This document shows positions 1 to 9,188 of a stretch of 17,230 nucleotides of DNA, piece after piece. How positions within the stretch are numbered: position 1 is the first letter of the stretch; the number at the start of each line of letters is the position of its first letter. The stretch lies in contig JAVRLY010000028.1 of NCBI GenBank assembly GCA_031960885.1, forward strand, positions 1 to 17,230. Direction: 5' to 3'. The notes beneath the pieces were generated by a model, which was given only the letters and a program-made list of their open reading frames with translations, was not told where the DNA came from and searched no databases. A program made the translations under genes and the position numbers. This stretch comes from Desulfurella sp. Its GTDB lineage: Bacteria; Campylobacterota_A; Desulfurellia; Desulfurellales; Desulfurellaceae.

Positions 1-1066
1 CTTTTTTGCTTATATATTCTGCAACTGAAAATGCGCCTACATTCATAAATACATAACCAAAAAGGTAAAATAGCACAGCGCCATATCCTAAACTATTTGC
101 GGCAGTAATACCTACAAGCATGTATCCTGCGTGCGAAATGCTTGAATAACCAAGCAGTCTTTTTAAATCCTTTTGCCATAAAGCTACGGTATTACCAAAT
201 GTCATTGTAACAGCGGCTATAACCCACAGCATTTGAGTCCACTCAATTTGAATAGGATGCATGCCAACAATCAATAATCTCATTAATGCCAAAATAGCAG
301 CTGCTTTTGGTGCAACAGACATAAATGCACTCATGGGTGTTGGCGCACCTGCATAAACATCTGGCGTCCATGCGTGAAATGGAAATGCTGCAATCTTAAA
401 ACCAAATGCCACAAAGATTAGCATAAATGCCAAAATACCAAGCGCCTTATATGTGCTTGAAGACTTTGCCAAAGCTATATTTATCACATTCAAATCCACG
501 CTGCCAAACAATCCGTACATTATGCCAATACCTAAAACTAAAAAACCCGATGCAAAAGAGCCTAATATGAAATACTTCATTGCCGCTTCAATGGATTCTG
601 ATTTATTCTTTAAAAAGCCCGTTAGTATATACATACCAATAGATAGCGTCTCAACGCTTATAAACATAACAATAAGGTTGTAAGTGGAGGCAAAAAACAT
701 CATTGCAACGCTTGAAAATAGTATGATAGAGTAGTATTCGCCTATATTTATATCTTCTCTGTCAACAAAATTTATGCTCATTGCAATAGCCAAAATACCA
801 GCGATTATTATAACAAGGTCAATAAACAACGCTGCATTGTCAACGACTACCATACCTACAAATGCTATAGATTGCGTGCCAAACATCATAACGCTTGCAA
901 TACCAGCAAGTATAAAACCTAGCAATGCAATAAAAGCATTTGCGCTTTTTTCTGATTTCGGCAACCACAAGTCAACCAATGTTACAATAAAGCCAAAAAT
1001 CGTTAAAATTAACTGTGGAGCTATGGCGATAAGATCGGCTACTGAGTAATTTGCTAAAAAATTCAT
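1..1066 (-). CDS. nuoN: NADH-quinone oxidoreductase subunit N (partial, 3' end beyond the left edge)
   Basis: Not in the ORF track; translated by hand from ATG at 1066 (MNFLANYSVADLIAIAPQLILTIFG...). Contains the NuoN motifs GEYY, SVETLS, EAAMKYFILGS, GFKIAAFPFHAWTPDVYAGAPTP and KRLLGYSSISHAGY. Starts 3 bp after the nuoM stop, preceded by AAGGGGTAGGAT. Confidence 0.96.
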   Translation of the reverse strand, partial: MNFLANYSVADLIAIAPQLILTIFGFIVTLVDLWLPKSEKSANAFIALLGFILAGIASVMMFGTQSIAFVGMVVVDNAALFIDLVIIIAGILAIAMSINFVDREDINIGEYYSIILFSSVAMMFFASTYNLIVMFISVETLSIGMYILTGFLKNKSESIEAAMKYFILGSFASGFLVLGIGIMYGLFGSVDLNVINIALAKSSSTYKALGILAFMLIFVAFGFKIAAFPFHAWTPDVYAGAPTPMSAFMSVAPKAAAILALMRLLIVGMHPIQIEWTQMLWVIAAVTMTFGNTVALWQKDLKRLLGYSSISHAGYMLVGITAANSLGYGAVLFYLFGYVFMNVGAFSVAEYISKK

Positions 1067-1069
1067 ATC

Positions 1070-2641
1070 CTACCCCTTTAGTGCGCTTTTTTTAATAATC
1101 GGTTTGTTATTATCAAATGAAACCTTGCCGTTTGTGCTTGGACTTGTGTTTACCACTTTTGTTTGCTCAACTAAATGACTAACGCTTGCGTGCATTTTTG
1201 ATAAAAATGTATTGGGATAAATTCCAATCCAAAACACAAATACCACAAGTGGTACCATATATATCCACTCTCTTAAGTTAAAGTCTGTTAATTTTAATAA
1301 TTTTGGGTTCAGTGGTTTTAAAAATACAACGCGTTTAAACATAGTAAGCATATACACAGCTGCAAATAAGCCGCCAAAAGCAGCTATTATTGCAAATAGT
1401 TTATGCGACTCAAACGTTCCAAATAATACCATAAATTCGCCTATAAAGCCATTTGTACCTGGTACAGCAATGGATGAAAGCGTAAATATCATAAAAAACA
1501 CGCTAAATATAGGCACAAGCGACGCAAGTCCGCCATATTCTGAAATGATTCTTGTGTGCATCCTTTCGTACACTATACCTACAATCAAGAAGAGAGCGCC
1601 CGTTGAAATGCCGTGGTTAATCATTTGCATAATTGAGCCTTCAATACCTATTGTAGTTAAAGCGAACATGCCAAGCATAGAGTAGCCTAAGTGAGACACA
1701 GATGAATATGCAACCAGTTTTTTAATATCTGGCTGTACCATAGCCACAAATGCTCCATAGAATATGCCAATAAGCGAAATTATGAGTATTATATCTACAA
1801 ACTGGTGCGTCATGTATGCAAACATAGGCAAATTAAACCTTAAAAAGCCGTATGTACCCATTTTTAAGAGTACGCTTGCAAGTATTACAGAACCAGCCGT
1901 TGGCGCTTCAACGTGTGCCCACGGAAGCCATGTATGGAATGGCCACATTGGCACTTTGATTGCAAATGCTAAAGCAAATGCAATAAATAGCCAGAATTGT
2001 AAATTTGCCGGTAAAGGCTGCGACATCAGTGTAATCATATTAAATGTGTATTCGTGGTAATAAGTATGATGTAAGAAATACAGAGCCATTAATGCCACAA
2101 GCATAAACACACTACCAAAGAATGTATAGAGGAAAAACTTCATTGTTGCAAATACCCTATTTGGACCACCCCAAATACCAATCATTAAGTACATTGGTAT
2201 GAGCTGAAATTCCCAAAAAACATAAAACAAAAATATATCCAACGAAACAAACACACCTAGCATGCCTGTTTGTAAAAGCAGCAACACTATATTAAACTCT
2301 TTCGTTTTGTGTGTTATACCGCTCCATGTAGATAGCTGGGCAATTGGTGCTAAAAATGTTGTTAAAAGAACCAAAAAAAGGCTTATGCCATCTATGCCTA
2401 AGTAGTAGTTCATACCCAAAGAGCTAATCCACGGAACTTTTTCTACAAATTGCATCTGATAAGTAGAAGAATTAAAGTAAAAAAATAGTGGCAGTGACAC
2501 AACAAAATCAAGCAATAAGACTACTAAAGTTACCCATCTTATTGCGCCCTCTTTTTTACTATCAATCAAAGAAACTAGTATTGCACCGACTATTGGTATA
2601 AATACCAGACTAGAAAGAATTGGAAAATGTAGTTGATTCAT
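1070..2641 (-). CDS. nuoM: NADH-quinone oxidoreductase subunit M (antiporter-like)
   Basis: 523-aa polytopic membrane protein with [58 protein letters not shown] and [10 protein letters not shown]. Lies between nuoL and nuoN. Confidence 0.97.
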   Translation of the reverse strand: [523 protein letters not shown]

Positions 2642-2654
2642 TTTTCACCTCGCC

Positions 2655-4544
2655 TTATATAATCCTAATTAAATACCAGGTAGTAAGCAGCATTACGCCA
2701 ATTGATACCCAATAGGCATAATGACTCACAAAACCCGTTTGCAATGTCCTAAACAGCCATCCAATTCTTTTCGATATCCACCCAAATAAGTCCACACCTG
2801 CATCTATAATTTTAACATCCACAATCTTCCATAAGAAATACTCAGATACCCACCAAAACGGTTTCACGATAAAGAAATAAACAAATTCATCCACATAGTA
2901 CGTATTGGCAAGCAATGTATATATGGGTTTAAATGTATTTGCAACTGATTGAGCTGTAATCCACTTCTTTATATATATAACCCATGCTGTAAATATACCA
3001 AGCAAGCCCATACACACAGAAATGCCGCTTAGTAAAGCCTCAGAGTAGTGCGCCTCGCCAGCTACTTCCAATGTCGGGGCAGTGCGCGCAATAAAAGCCT
3101 CAATTGGAATCTCGCCACTAATATGTAAACCTACCCAACCGCCAATAATTGACAATACACCTAAAACCCACATTGGGATAGTCATCACTTTTGGTGCTTC
3201 GTGCGTGTGTAACTCATGGTATAGGTTTGGCACCTTTTCTTCGCCGTAAAATACGCTAAATACAAATCTAAACATATAAAATGCAGTCATAAAAGCGGTA
3301 ATCTCGCCTACTATCCAAATAATTGGATGCCCCATCTCTAACGCGCCAGCTAAAATTGCATCTTTACTAAAGAAACCTGCAAACGGCGGAATGCCACCAA
3401 TGGCTAGGGATGCAATAACCATCAAAATGGCTGTTTGGGGCATTTTTTTTCTCAAACCACCCATCAAATCGGTTGAAAGTAAACCCCTCATTGAGTGCAT
3501 AACCGCGCCTGCACCCAAAAATAGTAAACCTTTAAAAAATGCGTGTGTCATTAAGTGAAATATACCCGCCCAATAAACACCAACACCAACGCCTATAAAC
3601 ATATACCCAAGCTGAGATAGTGTTGAGTAAGCTAAAATGCGTTTTATATCCTTGTGCGTGAAAGCCATCGTTGCAGCATAAAAAGCTGTAAATGCACCAA
3701 CTGAAGCTACTACCTCCATTGCAATAGGGCTTAAATCATAGATTGCGTTTGACCTTGCAATCATATAAACGCCAGCTGTAACCATTGTTGCAGCATGAAT
3801 TAAACTTGAAACGGGAGTTGGGCCTTCCATAGCATCTGTTAACCATATATACAATGGAAACTGAGCTGATTTACCCATAGCACCCAAAAATAGTGCAAGA
3901 CCAATAATTGTTGCAGTCTGTGGTGTGAGTACTTGATGTACAAACGGAAATACATCCGCATATGTTACAGAATGAAAATTTAACAGTATAAATAAAACGC
4001 CAATAATAAAGCCTGCATCACCTATTCTGTTTACAACAAATGCTTTTTCGCCAGCATCTGAAGCAGTTTTCTTGTCATACCAAAATCCGATTAGCAAGTA
4101 TGAACACAAGCCTACGCCTTCCCAACCAACAAACATCAATAAGTAATTATCGCCCAATATCAACAAAAGCATTGAAAAGACGAACAAATTCAGGTATGTA
4201 AAATACCTAGCGTATCCTGGATCACCTTTCATGTAGCCGTTTGAGTAAATATGAATCATCCAAGAAACAAATGTAACCACAAACAGCATTACAGCAGACA
4301 AAGAGTCGATCCTTAAGCCAAATGGTATGTTAAATTTACCAAATGGCATCCACATAAAATACACATAATCATAAATATTGCCCAAAATCACTTGCCATAT
4401 TGGATAAACTGCGCTTAAAAAACTTAATCCCAAAGCGCTTGCTGCAATAACGCCTGCATAATTTTTGGTCCATTTGCCAAACAAACCATTAATAATAAAA
4501 CCAATTAGAGGCCAGATAATTATTAGCAACACCAATGTTTTCAT
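2655..4544 (-). CDS. nuoL: NADH-quinone oxidoreductase subunit L (antiporter-like, full length with C-terminal lateral helix region)
   Basis: 629 aa with [69 protein letters not shown], FFSKD and C-terminal LQTGFVSHY. Confidence 0.97.
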   Translation of the reverse strand: [629 protein letters not shown]

Positions 4545-4556
4545 ATCTTTCCCCTT

Positions 4557-4853
4557 TTACTTTCTAAGTGTAGTAAAATCATTTATGTCTACACTTTTCT
4601 TATTTTTATACATCATAGCTACTATAGCCAATCCCACGGCTGTTTCACTTGCTGCTACAGCCGCTACAAATAAAAACATTACTTGCCCAGAAATATTGCC
4701 TATGTAATAAGACATTACAATTAAAGCCATGCCAGCACCATTTATCATAAGCTCCAAAGACATCAATACTATGAGAAAATTCCTCCTAATCATTGCCCCA
4801 GTTGCGCCTATGGCAAAGAGCAACACACTAACAAACATATATGCAGCTAACAT
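4557..4853 (-). CDS. nuoK: NADH-quinone oxidoreductase subunit K
   Basis: 98 aa, 3 TM. RRN...MSLELMING and AASETAVGLA retain both conserved Glu. SD TAGGAGG upstream. Confidence 0.96.
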   Translation of the reverse strand: MLAAYMFVSVLLFAIGATGAMIRRNFLIVLMSLELMINGAGMALIVMSYYIGNISGQVMFLFVAAVAASETAVGLAIVAMMYKNKKSVDINDFTTLRK

Positions 4854-4861
4854 TTTGCCTC

Positions 4862-5368
4862 CTACAGATCCTTTTTAGTTAGTGCTACTGCGCCAAATAA
4901 TGCAATAAGCAGCACAATAGCAGTTATTTCAAAAGGCAACAGATAAGATTTAAACAACACATCGCTTATGGCTTTAACATTGCTACCAGCAATAGATAGA
5001 TTTTTCCCAGCAAAAGTTGTATTTATTCTAAGTTTGCTTGCAATAACAATAAAATCCAATAATATACCTAATCCGAACAATGCGCCAAAGTAACCCTGAT
5101 TGTTAAACCTACCCAAACTAGCAATCGTGAGCCTATCCATCGTATACATTGCTATTACAATCATTACTGTAATTGCACCAGCATAAACAATCAATTGCAA
5201 CATAGCAATAAAAACTGCATCAAGCATTACAAAAATACCAGCAGACCCAATAAACGATAGCACCATCCACATTGCAGCCCTAAATGGATTTTTCGTCACA
5301 ATTATACCAAGACCACCACCTACTGCCATTGCTGCTAAAATAGCAAAAACTATTATTTCAACAATCAT
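4862..5368 (-). CDS. nuoJ: NADH-quinone oxidoreductase subunit J
   Basis: 168 aa with QLIVYAGAITVM and YLLPFEITAIVLLIALFGA. ATGA overlap with nuoI. Confidence 0.95.
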   Translation of the reverse strand: MIVEIIVFAILAAMAVGGGLGIIVTKNPFRAAMWMVLSFIGSAGIFVMLDAVFIAMLQLIVYAGAITVMIVIAMYTMDRLTIASLGRFNNQGYFGALFGLGILLDFIVIASKLRINTTFAGKNLSIAGSNVKAISDVLFKSYLLPFEITAIVLLIALFGAVALTKKDL

Positions 5369-5817
5369 AGTGCACCTTCTTCTTTTTTTTGCAGTTTGTT
5401 ATTGTATTCTAAACCCACTTTTATTAAATCCTCTTTTGTAAAAATAAACTTTTCCCTATCGTATCCTGCAAGCTCATACTTATCACTCATTGATATCGCA
5501 AGCTCTGGACAAACCTCAACACAAAGCCCACAAAAACAGCATCTACTCAAATCTATATTATACACATCTGGGCTTTTGGTATGGTCTTCGTTTTCTGTTG
5601 GTATAATCTCAATGCACTTTGAAGGGCATACTTCTTCACATAATCCACAATCTATACATTTAACCTTTTGACTATCTTCGTATACATTCAAAGCATGCAA
5701 CCATCTACCTCGCTCTGGCACATTTAGTCTTTGCGTGGGATACTGACATGTTACTGCGTGTGTGAATAAATATTTGATAGTAACACTTAAACCTTTTCTT
5801 AAATCTTTAAATAACAT
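5365..5817 (-). CDS. nuoI: NADH-quinone oxidoreductase subunit I (2x[4Fe-4S])
   Basis: VTCQYP, CIDCGLCEEVCP and CCFCGLCVEVCP motifs. Follows nuoH. Confidence 0.96.
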   Translation of the reverse strand: MLFKDLRKGLSVTIKYLFTHAVTCQYPTQRLNVPERGRWLHALNVYEDSQKVKCIDCGLCEEVCPSKCIEIIPTENEDHTKSPDVYNIDLSRCCFCGLCVEVCPELAISMSDKYELAGYDREKFIFTKEDLIKVGLEYNNKLQKKEEGAL

Positions 5818-5826
5818 ACTATCCCC

Positions 5827-6828
5827 CTAAATAATTGGCATATGCACAATTAGTGCAAAACCTGTCCATAAGATATTTAATACCAAAAGAGGCAATAGCT
5901 TCTTCCATGCTATATCCATTAATTGATCATACCTATAGCGAGGAAATGTTCCCCAAAACCATGTAAACATAAATATAAACAGCAATACTTTTAACCAATA
6001 CCATACAAAACCAGGTAATATAGCTGGTCCACTCCAACCACCCAAAAATACAATAGCGGCCAAAGCAGATACAACAAATATTGTCACATACTGACCAAAA
6101 AAGAACATAGCCATTTTAAGGCCTGTGAACTCAGTATTAAAGCCAGCAACGAGTTCGTTTTCTGCTTCTGGCAAATCAAAAGGCACCCTCGAAGCCGATG
6201 CTACCATAGCAATTACAAATGCCACAAATGCAAATGGCTGATAAAAAATAAGCCATAAATGCTGTTGTTGAAATGAAACAAAATCTGTTATATTAAGTGA
6301 TTGTACCATCAAGATAGGGTTTAGTAAAGCTAGGGCTAGAATTATTTCGTAGCTAACAACTTGAGCTATCTCGCGCTGAGCACCAATAAAGGAATATTTA
6401 TTGCCACCTGATGCAATACCAGCTAACATTACACCAAAGCTTGAAAGCCCCATCATTGCCAAAATATAGAGCAAATCTACATTTGAGTGAAATACGCTAA
6501 AATAAAATGTTGTGCCGTTTGAAAGCTCAATTGGAGGAAAAAACGGTATAGCAGCTGCTGCTGCAAACGGAAATGTAGGTGCTAAAATTGGCGCTAGCCA
6601 AAACAGTGGTTTATCAGCACGCGTGGGTATAACATCTTCTTTAAAAAAACTCTTTAAAGTGTCTGCTAAGGGCTGCAATAAACCGTAGGGACCAACTCTT
6701 TTTGGACCAATGCGCTGTTGCATATGGCCTATAACTTTCCTTTCATACCATGTAGCATACATTACATACACACTCAAAACTGCCACTAAAACAAGAAGTT
6801 TTACGACACCTATTATTACTTCAATCAT
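5827..6828 (-). CDS. nuoH: NADH-quinone oxidoreductase subunit H
   Basis: 333 aa with ERKVIGHMQQRIGP, GLLQPLAD-LK-FFKED, AQVVSYE, RVPFDLPEAENELVAG and PRYRYDQLM. ATGA overlap with nuoG. Confidence 0.97.
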   Translation of the reverse strand: MIEVIIGVVKLLVLVAVLSVYVMYATWYERKVIGHMQQRIGPKRVGPYGLLQPLADTLKSFFKEDVIPTRADKPLFWLAPILAPTFPFAAAAAIPFFPPIELSNGTTFYFSVFHSNVDLLYILAMMGLSSFGVMLAGIASGGNKYSFIGAQREIAQVVSYEIILALALLNPILMVQSLNITDFVSFQQQHLWLIFYQPFAFVAFVIAMVASASRVPFDLPEAENELVAGFNTEFTGLKMAMFFFGQYVTIFVVSALAAIVFLGGWSGPAILPGFVWYWLKVLLFIFMFTWFWGTFPRYRYDQLMDIAWKKLLPLLVLNILWTGFALIVHMPII

Positions 6829-9179
6829 TTCAAGCCCCCTTCAGTTTTGGATAAACTCACTAATGCTAAATTGTTAAAACTGCCAGTAATATTGTAAGGA
6901 TTTACATTTTCAAACCATATCGGAGCACTTACGCACCCTATTGGCATCTTTTCATCAACTTTAACAGGCAGTGTAATACTCTCACCTATACCTTCAAGTT
7001 TTGCATATTCATTATCCTTTATGCCTGAATTTGTAGCATCTTGCGGATTTATATATAGTGACGATTGGCTTTGGGCTAACTTAGCGCCTTCACCAAAACC
7101 ACTATAAATAGATGTCCTAAATTTTGAGTAATTTGCAATAAAGCTAAAGTTACCACTACCTTTAGTTTCGTAATGTGTATTCACCTGATAGATTGTATCT
7201 GATGGACCACTTATAGATATTTTCTTTTCTTTTACTTCCAATCTAGCGCTTGAGAGGTTGTAACCCAAATTTGTTGATAATTTAAACAAAAATTCCCATG
7301 CACTTGTAGTTGCGCACTCAACAGCTTTATTTACTTTATTGACTACACCTTCGGCGTTGATAAAATTACCATCTTGACTAGTAAAAAATGGTACTGGCAC
7401 AACTGCATTTGCAATAAAGGATGTCTTGCTTTCAAAAGTATCAAATAGTACGATATTTTTAACATTATCTCTGACAAGTTTGGCATCGCTATCGCTTAAA
7501 AAGCTATACAAATCAGCATTTAAAAGCAAGAGTGTATCAATTTTTCCTTCACGAGCAAATTCTACTATATTTTTAACACTAAAATCTGTAGATGTGCCAT
7601 ACCCAGCGTACAAGTCGCCAAACGCGTTGTTATATTTACTTGATGAATAAACCTTTACTTTACCTTTGAGCAAAAGAGCGATATTGGACACAGCTTTTGC
7701 TATGTCTTCCGAACAATCTCGCTCAAGCGCTTCTTGGCATACGATAAATGATATATTATTTGCTTTTTTCACTTCTTCAATGATATTTGACACATCAAAA
7801 TCTGCTGATTGCAAATTGTTAATGCCATCAAGTCCACTTCCAAAACCGTTTGTAACTAATGCTTGAGCAAAAGACACAAGAAAATCCAACTCTTTGCCTG
7901 GCAAATACCTAACAGGAATGCTGCCTAGCGTATCAATCTTTGTATCTTTCCAGTATGCGCTAATTACTTTTGATGTTTTAAGTAGTTTTGAGCCCCTTGT
8001 TATAGCCCAATCTATGCGTGGCATTTCATTTGCAATATCTCCGCCAAAGCATATGATAAGCTCAGAGCTTGAGATATCAGAAAAACTATGTAGTGTATTG
8101 ACGCTTTTTGGTAAATACTTGTAAAGCTTGCCAATATTCAAAGAACTTAGACTATCAATATTATCATTTGATAAGGTATTGTTAAAAAACATCTTAAATG
8201 CAATTGAATCTTTTAATGTTTCACGGCTGCCGCTTATACCAAAAACCTTCTCTTTTGGCGTGTTTTTTAACATCTGTGTGAGTTCTGATATAATAGAATC
8301 TTGAGTTGTTGCTTTAGAATCAAACCTGTATTCTTTAATAAGTCTATCTGAAGCACCAAGCATATAGTTGAATCGTCCCAAATTGCACAAATTACCCATA
8401 TTTGGTGTTTCTTCTTCGCTTGTTACCCTCAGCACTTCGTTGTTTTTGACATTTAAATCCATCTGACAACCAGATGAGCAAAAACCGCACGTTGTTGGAA
8501 CTTTTTTCAACTCCCATGCGCGTGCTTTGTATTTAAACAATTTGCTTGACATTGCGCCTGTTGGACACACGCTAACGCATTGACCGCAAAATTCACAATC
8601 TAATGGCTTGCCATCTTTTGTGTCTATCTCTTTTCTGTCGCCATCTTTTTTTACCAAAGCCAAAATACCAAAATTTACAACTTTATCGCAAACTGCAACG
8701 CATCTTCTACACTGTATACATAAATTTGCGTCGTGGTGTATAATCTTCCACTCATAATGTATTGTACCTTGAGGTATTGTAAGCGGGTCTGTTTGTGCTT
8801 CTTTGGGGTTTTCAATAATATTAAACTCATAATTAATGTTTTGAAGCTCGCATTCGCCACTTTTATCGCAAACACCACATTGAAGTGGATGAAATGTATC
8901 CCATTCATAAATTACATCCCTTCTTAAAGCGTCCAAAACACTAGAGTTTGTTATTACTTCCATACCATCTTTTACTTTTGCAGCACAAGATAACATAGGT
9001 TTTTTCATGCCGGCAATCTCAACAGCGCAAATCCTGCATGCGCCAATAGCGCCAAATCTGTCTGAATAGCAAATAGCTGGAATGTATATGCCGTTTTCTC
9101 TAGCTGCTTGCAAAATACTTTTTTCGCTATCTACTTCAAATTCTCTGCCGTCTATCTTTATCTTTACTTTTTTCTCCAT
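6825..9179 (-). CDS. nuoG: NADH-quinone oxidoreductase subunit G-like Fe-S protein (N-terminal Fe-S domains plus degenerate molybdopterin-oxidoreductase fold)
   Basis: 784 aa. Motifs: [2Fe-2S] C37/C48/C51/C65; His-ligated H97/C101/C104/C110; two CxxCxxCxxxC (C154-164, C195-205); Cx2Cx3Cx26C (C231-265); FKYKARAWELKK; C-terminal molybdopterin dinucleotide-binding-like LYINPQDA. Confidence 0.93.
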   Translation of the reverse strand: MEKKVKIKIDGREFEVDSEKSILQAARENGIYIPAICYSDRFGAIGACRICAVEIAGMKKPMLSCAAKVKDGMEVITNSSVLDALRRDVIYEWDTFHPLQCGVCDKSGECELQNINYEFNIIENPKEAQTDPLTIPQGTIHYEWKIIHHDANLCIQCRRCVAVCDKVVNFGILALVKKDGDRKEIDTKDGKPLDCEFCGQCVSVCPTGAMSSKLFKYKARAWELKKVPTTCGFCSSGCQMDLNVKNNEVLRVTSEEETPNMGNLCNLGRFNYMLGASDRLIKEYRFDSKATTQDSIISELTQMLKNTPKEKVFGISGSRETLKDSIAFKMFFNNTLSNDNIDSLSSLNIGKLYKYLPKSVNTLHSFSDISSSELIICFGGDIANEMPRIDWAITRGSKLLKTSKVISAYWKDTKIDTLGSIPVRYLPGKELDFLVSFAQALVTNGFGSGLDGINNLQSADFDVSNIIEEVKKANNISFIVCQEALERDCSEDIAKAVSNIALLLKGKVKVYSSSKYNNAFGDLYAGYGTSTDFSVKNIVEFAREGKIDTLLLLNADLYSFLSDSDAKLVRDNVKNIVLFDTFESKTSFIANAVVPVPFFTSQDGNFINAEGVVNKVNKAVECATTSAWEFLFKLSTNLGYNLSSARLEVKEKKISISGPSDTIYQVNTHYETKGSGNFSFIANYSKFRTSIYSGFGEGAKLAQSQSSLYINPQDATNSGIKDNEYAKLEGIGESITLPVKVDEKMPIGCVSAPIWFENVNPYNITGSFNNLALVSLSKTEGGLK

Positions 9180-9188
9180 AATCCACCC

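Noticed and set aside
1..4544. 2M-type complex or Mrp antiporter
   Set aside because: Only one each of nuoL, nuoM and nuoN, in canonical order, with complex I-type motifs.
6825..9179. NuoG as an active formate dehydrogenase/molybdoenzyme matured by the nearby mobA
   Set aside because: Where FdhA has the Cys/Sec-His Mo ligand motif, this protein reads DNIDSLSSLNIG. There is no in-frame TGA, and the CxKG lysine after the N7 cysteine is replaced (LCNLG). The fold looks catalytically dead, and mobA is separated by two unrelated genes.
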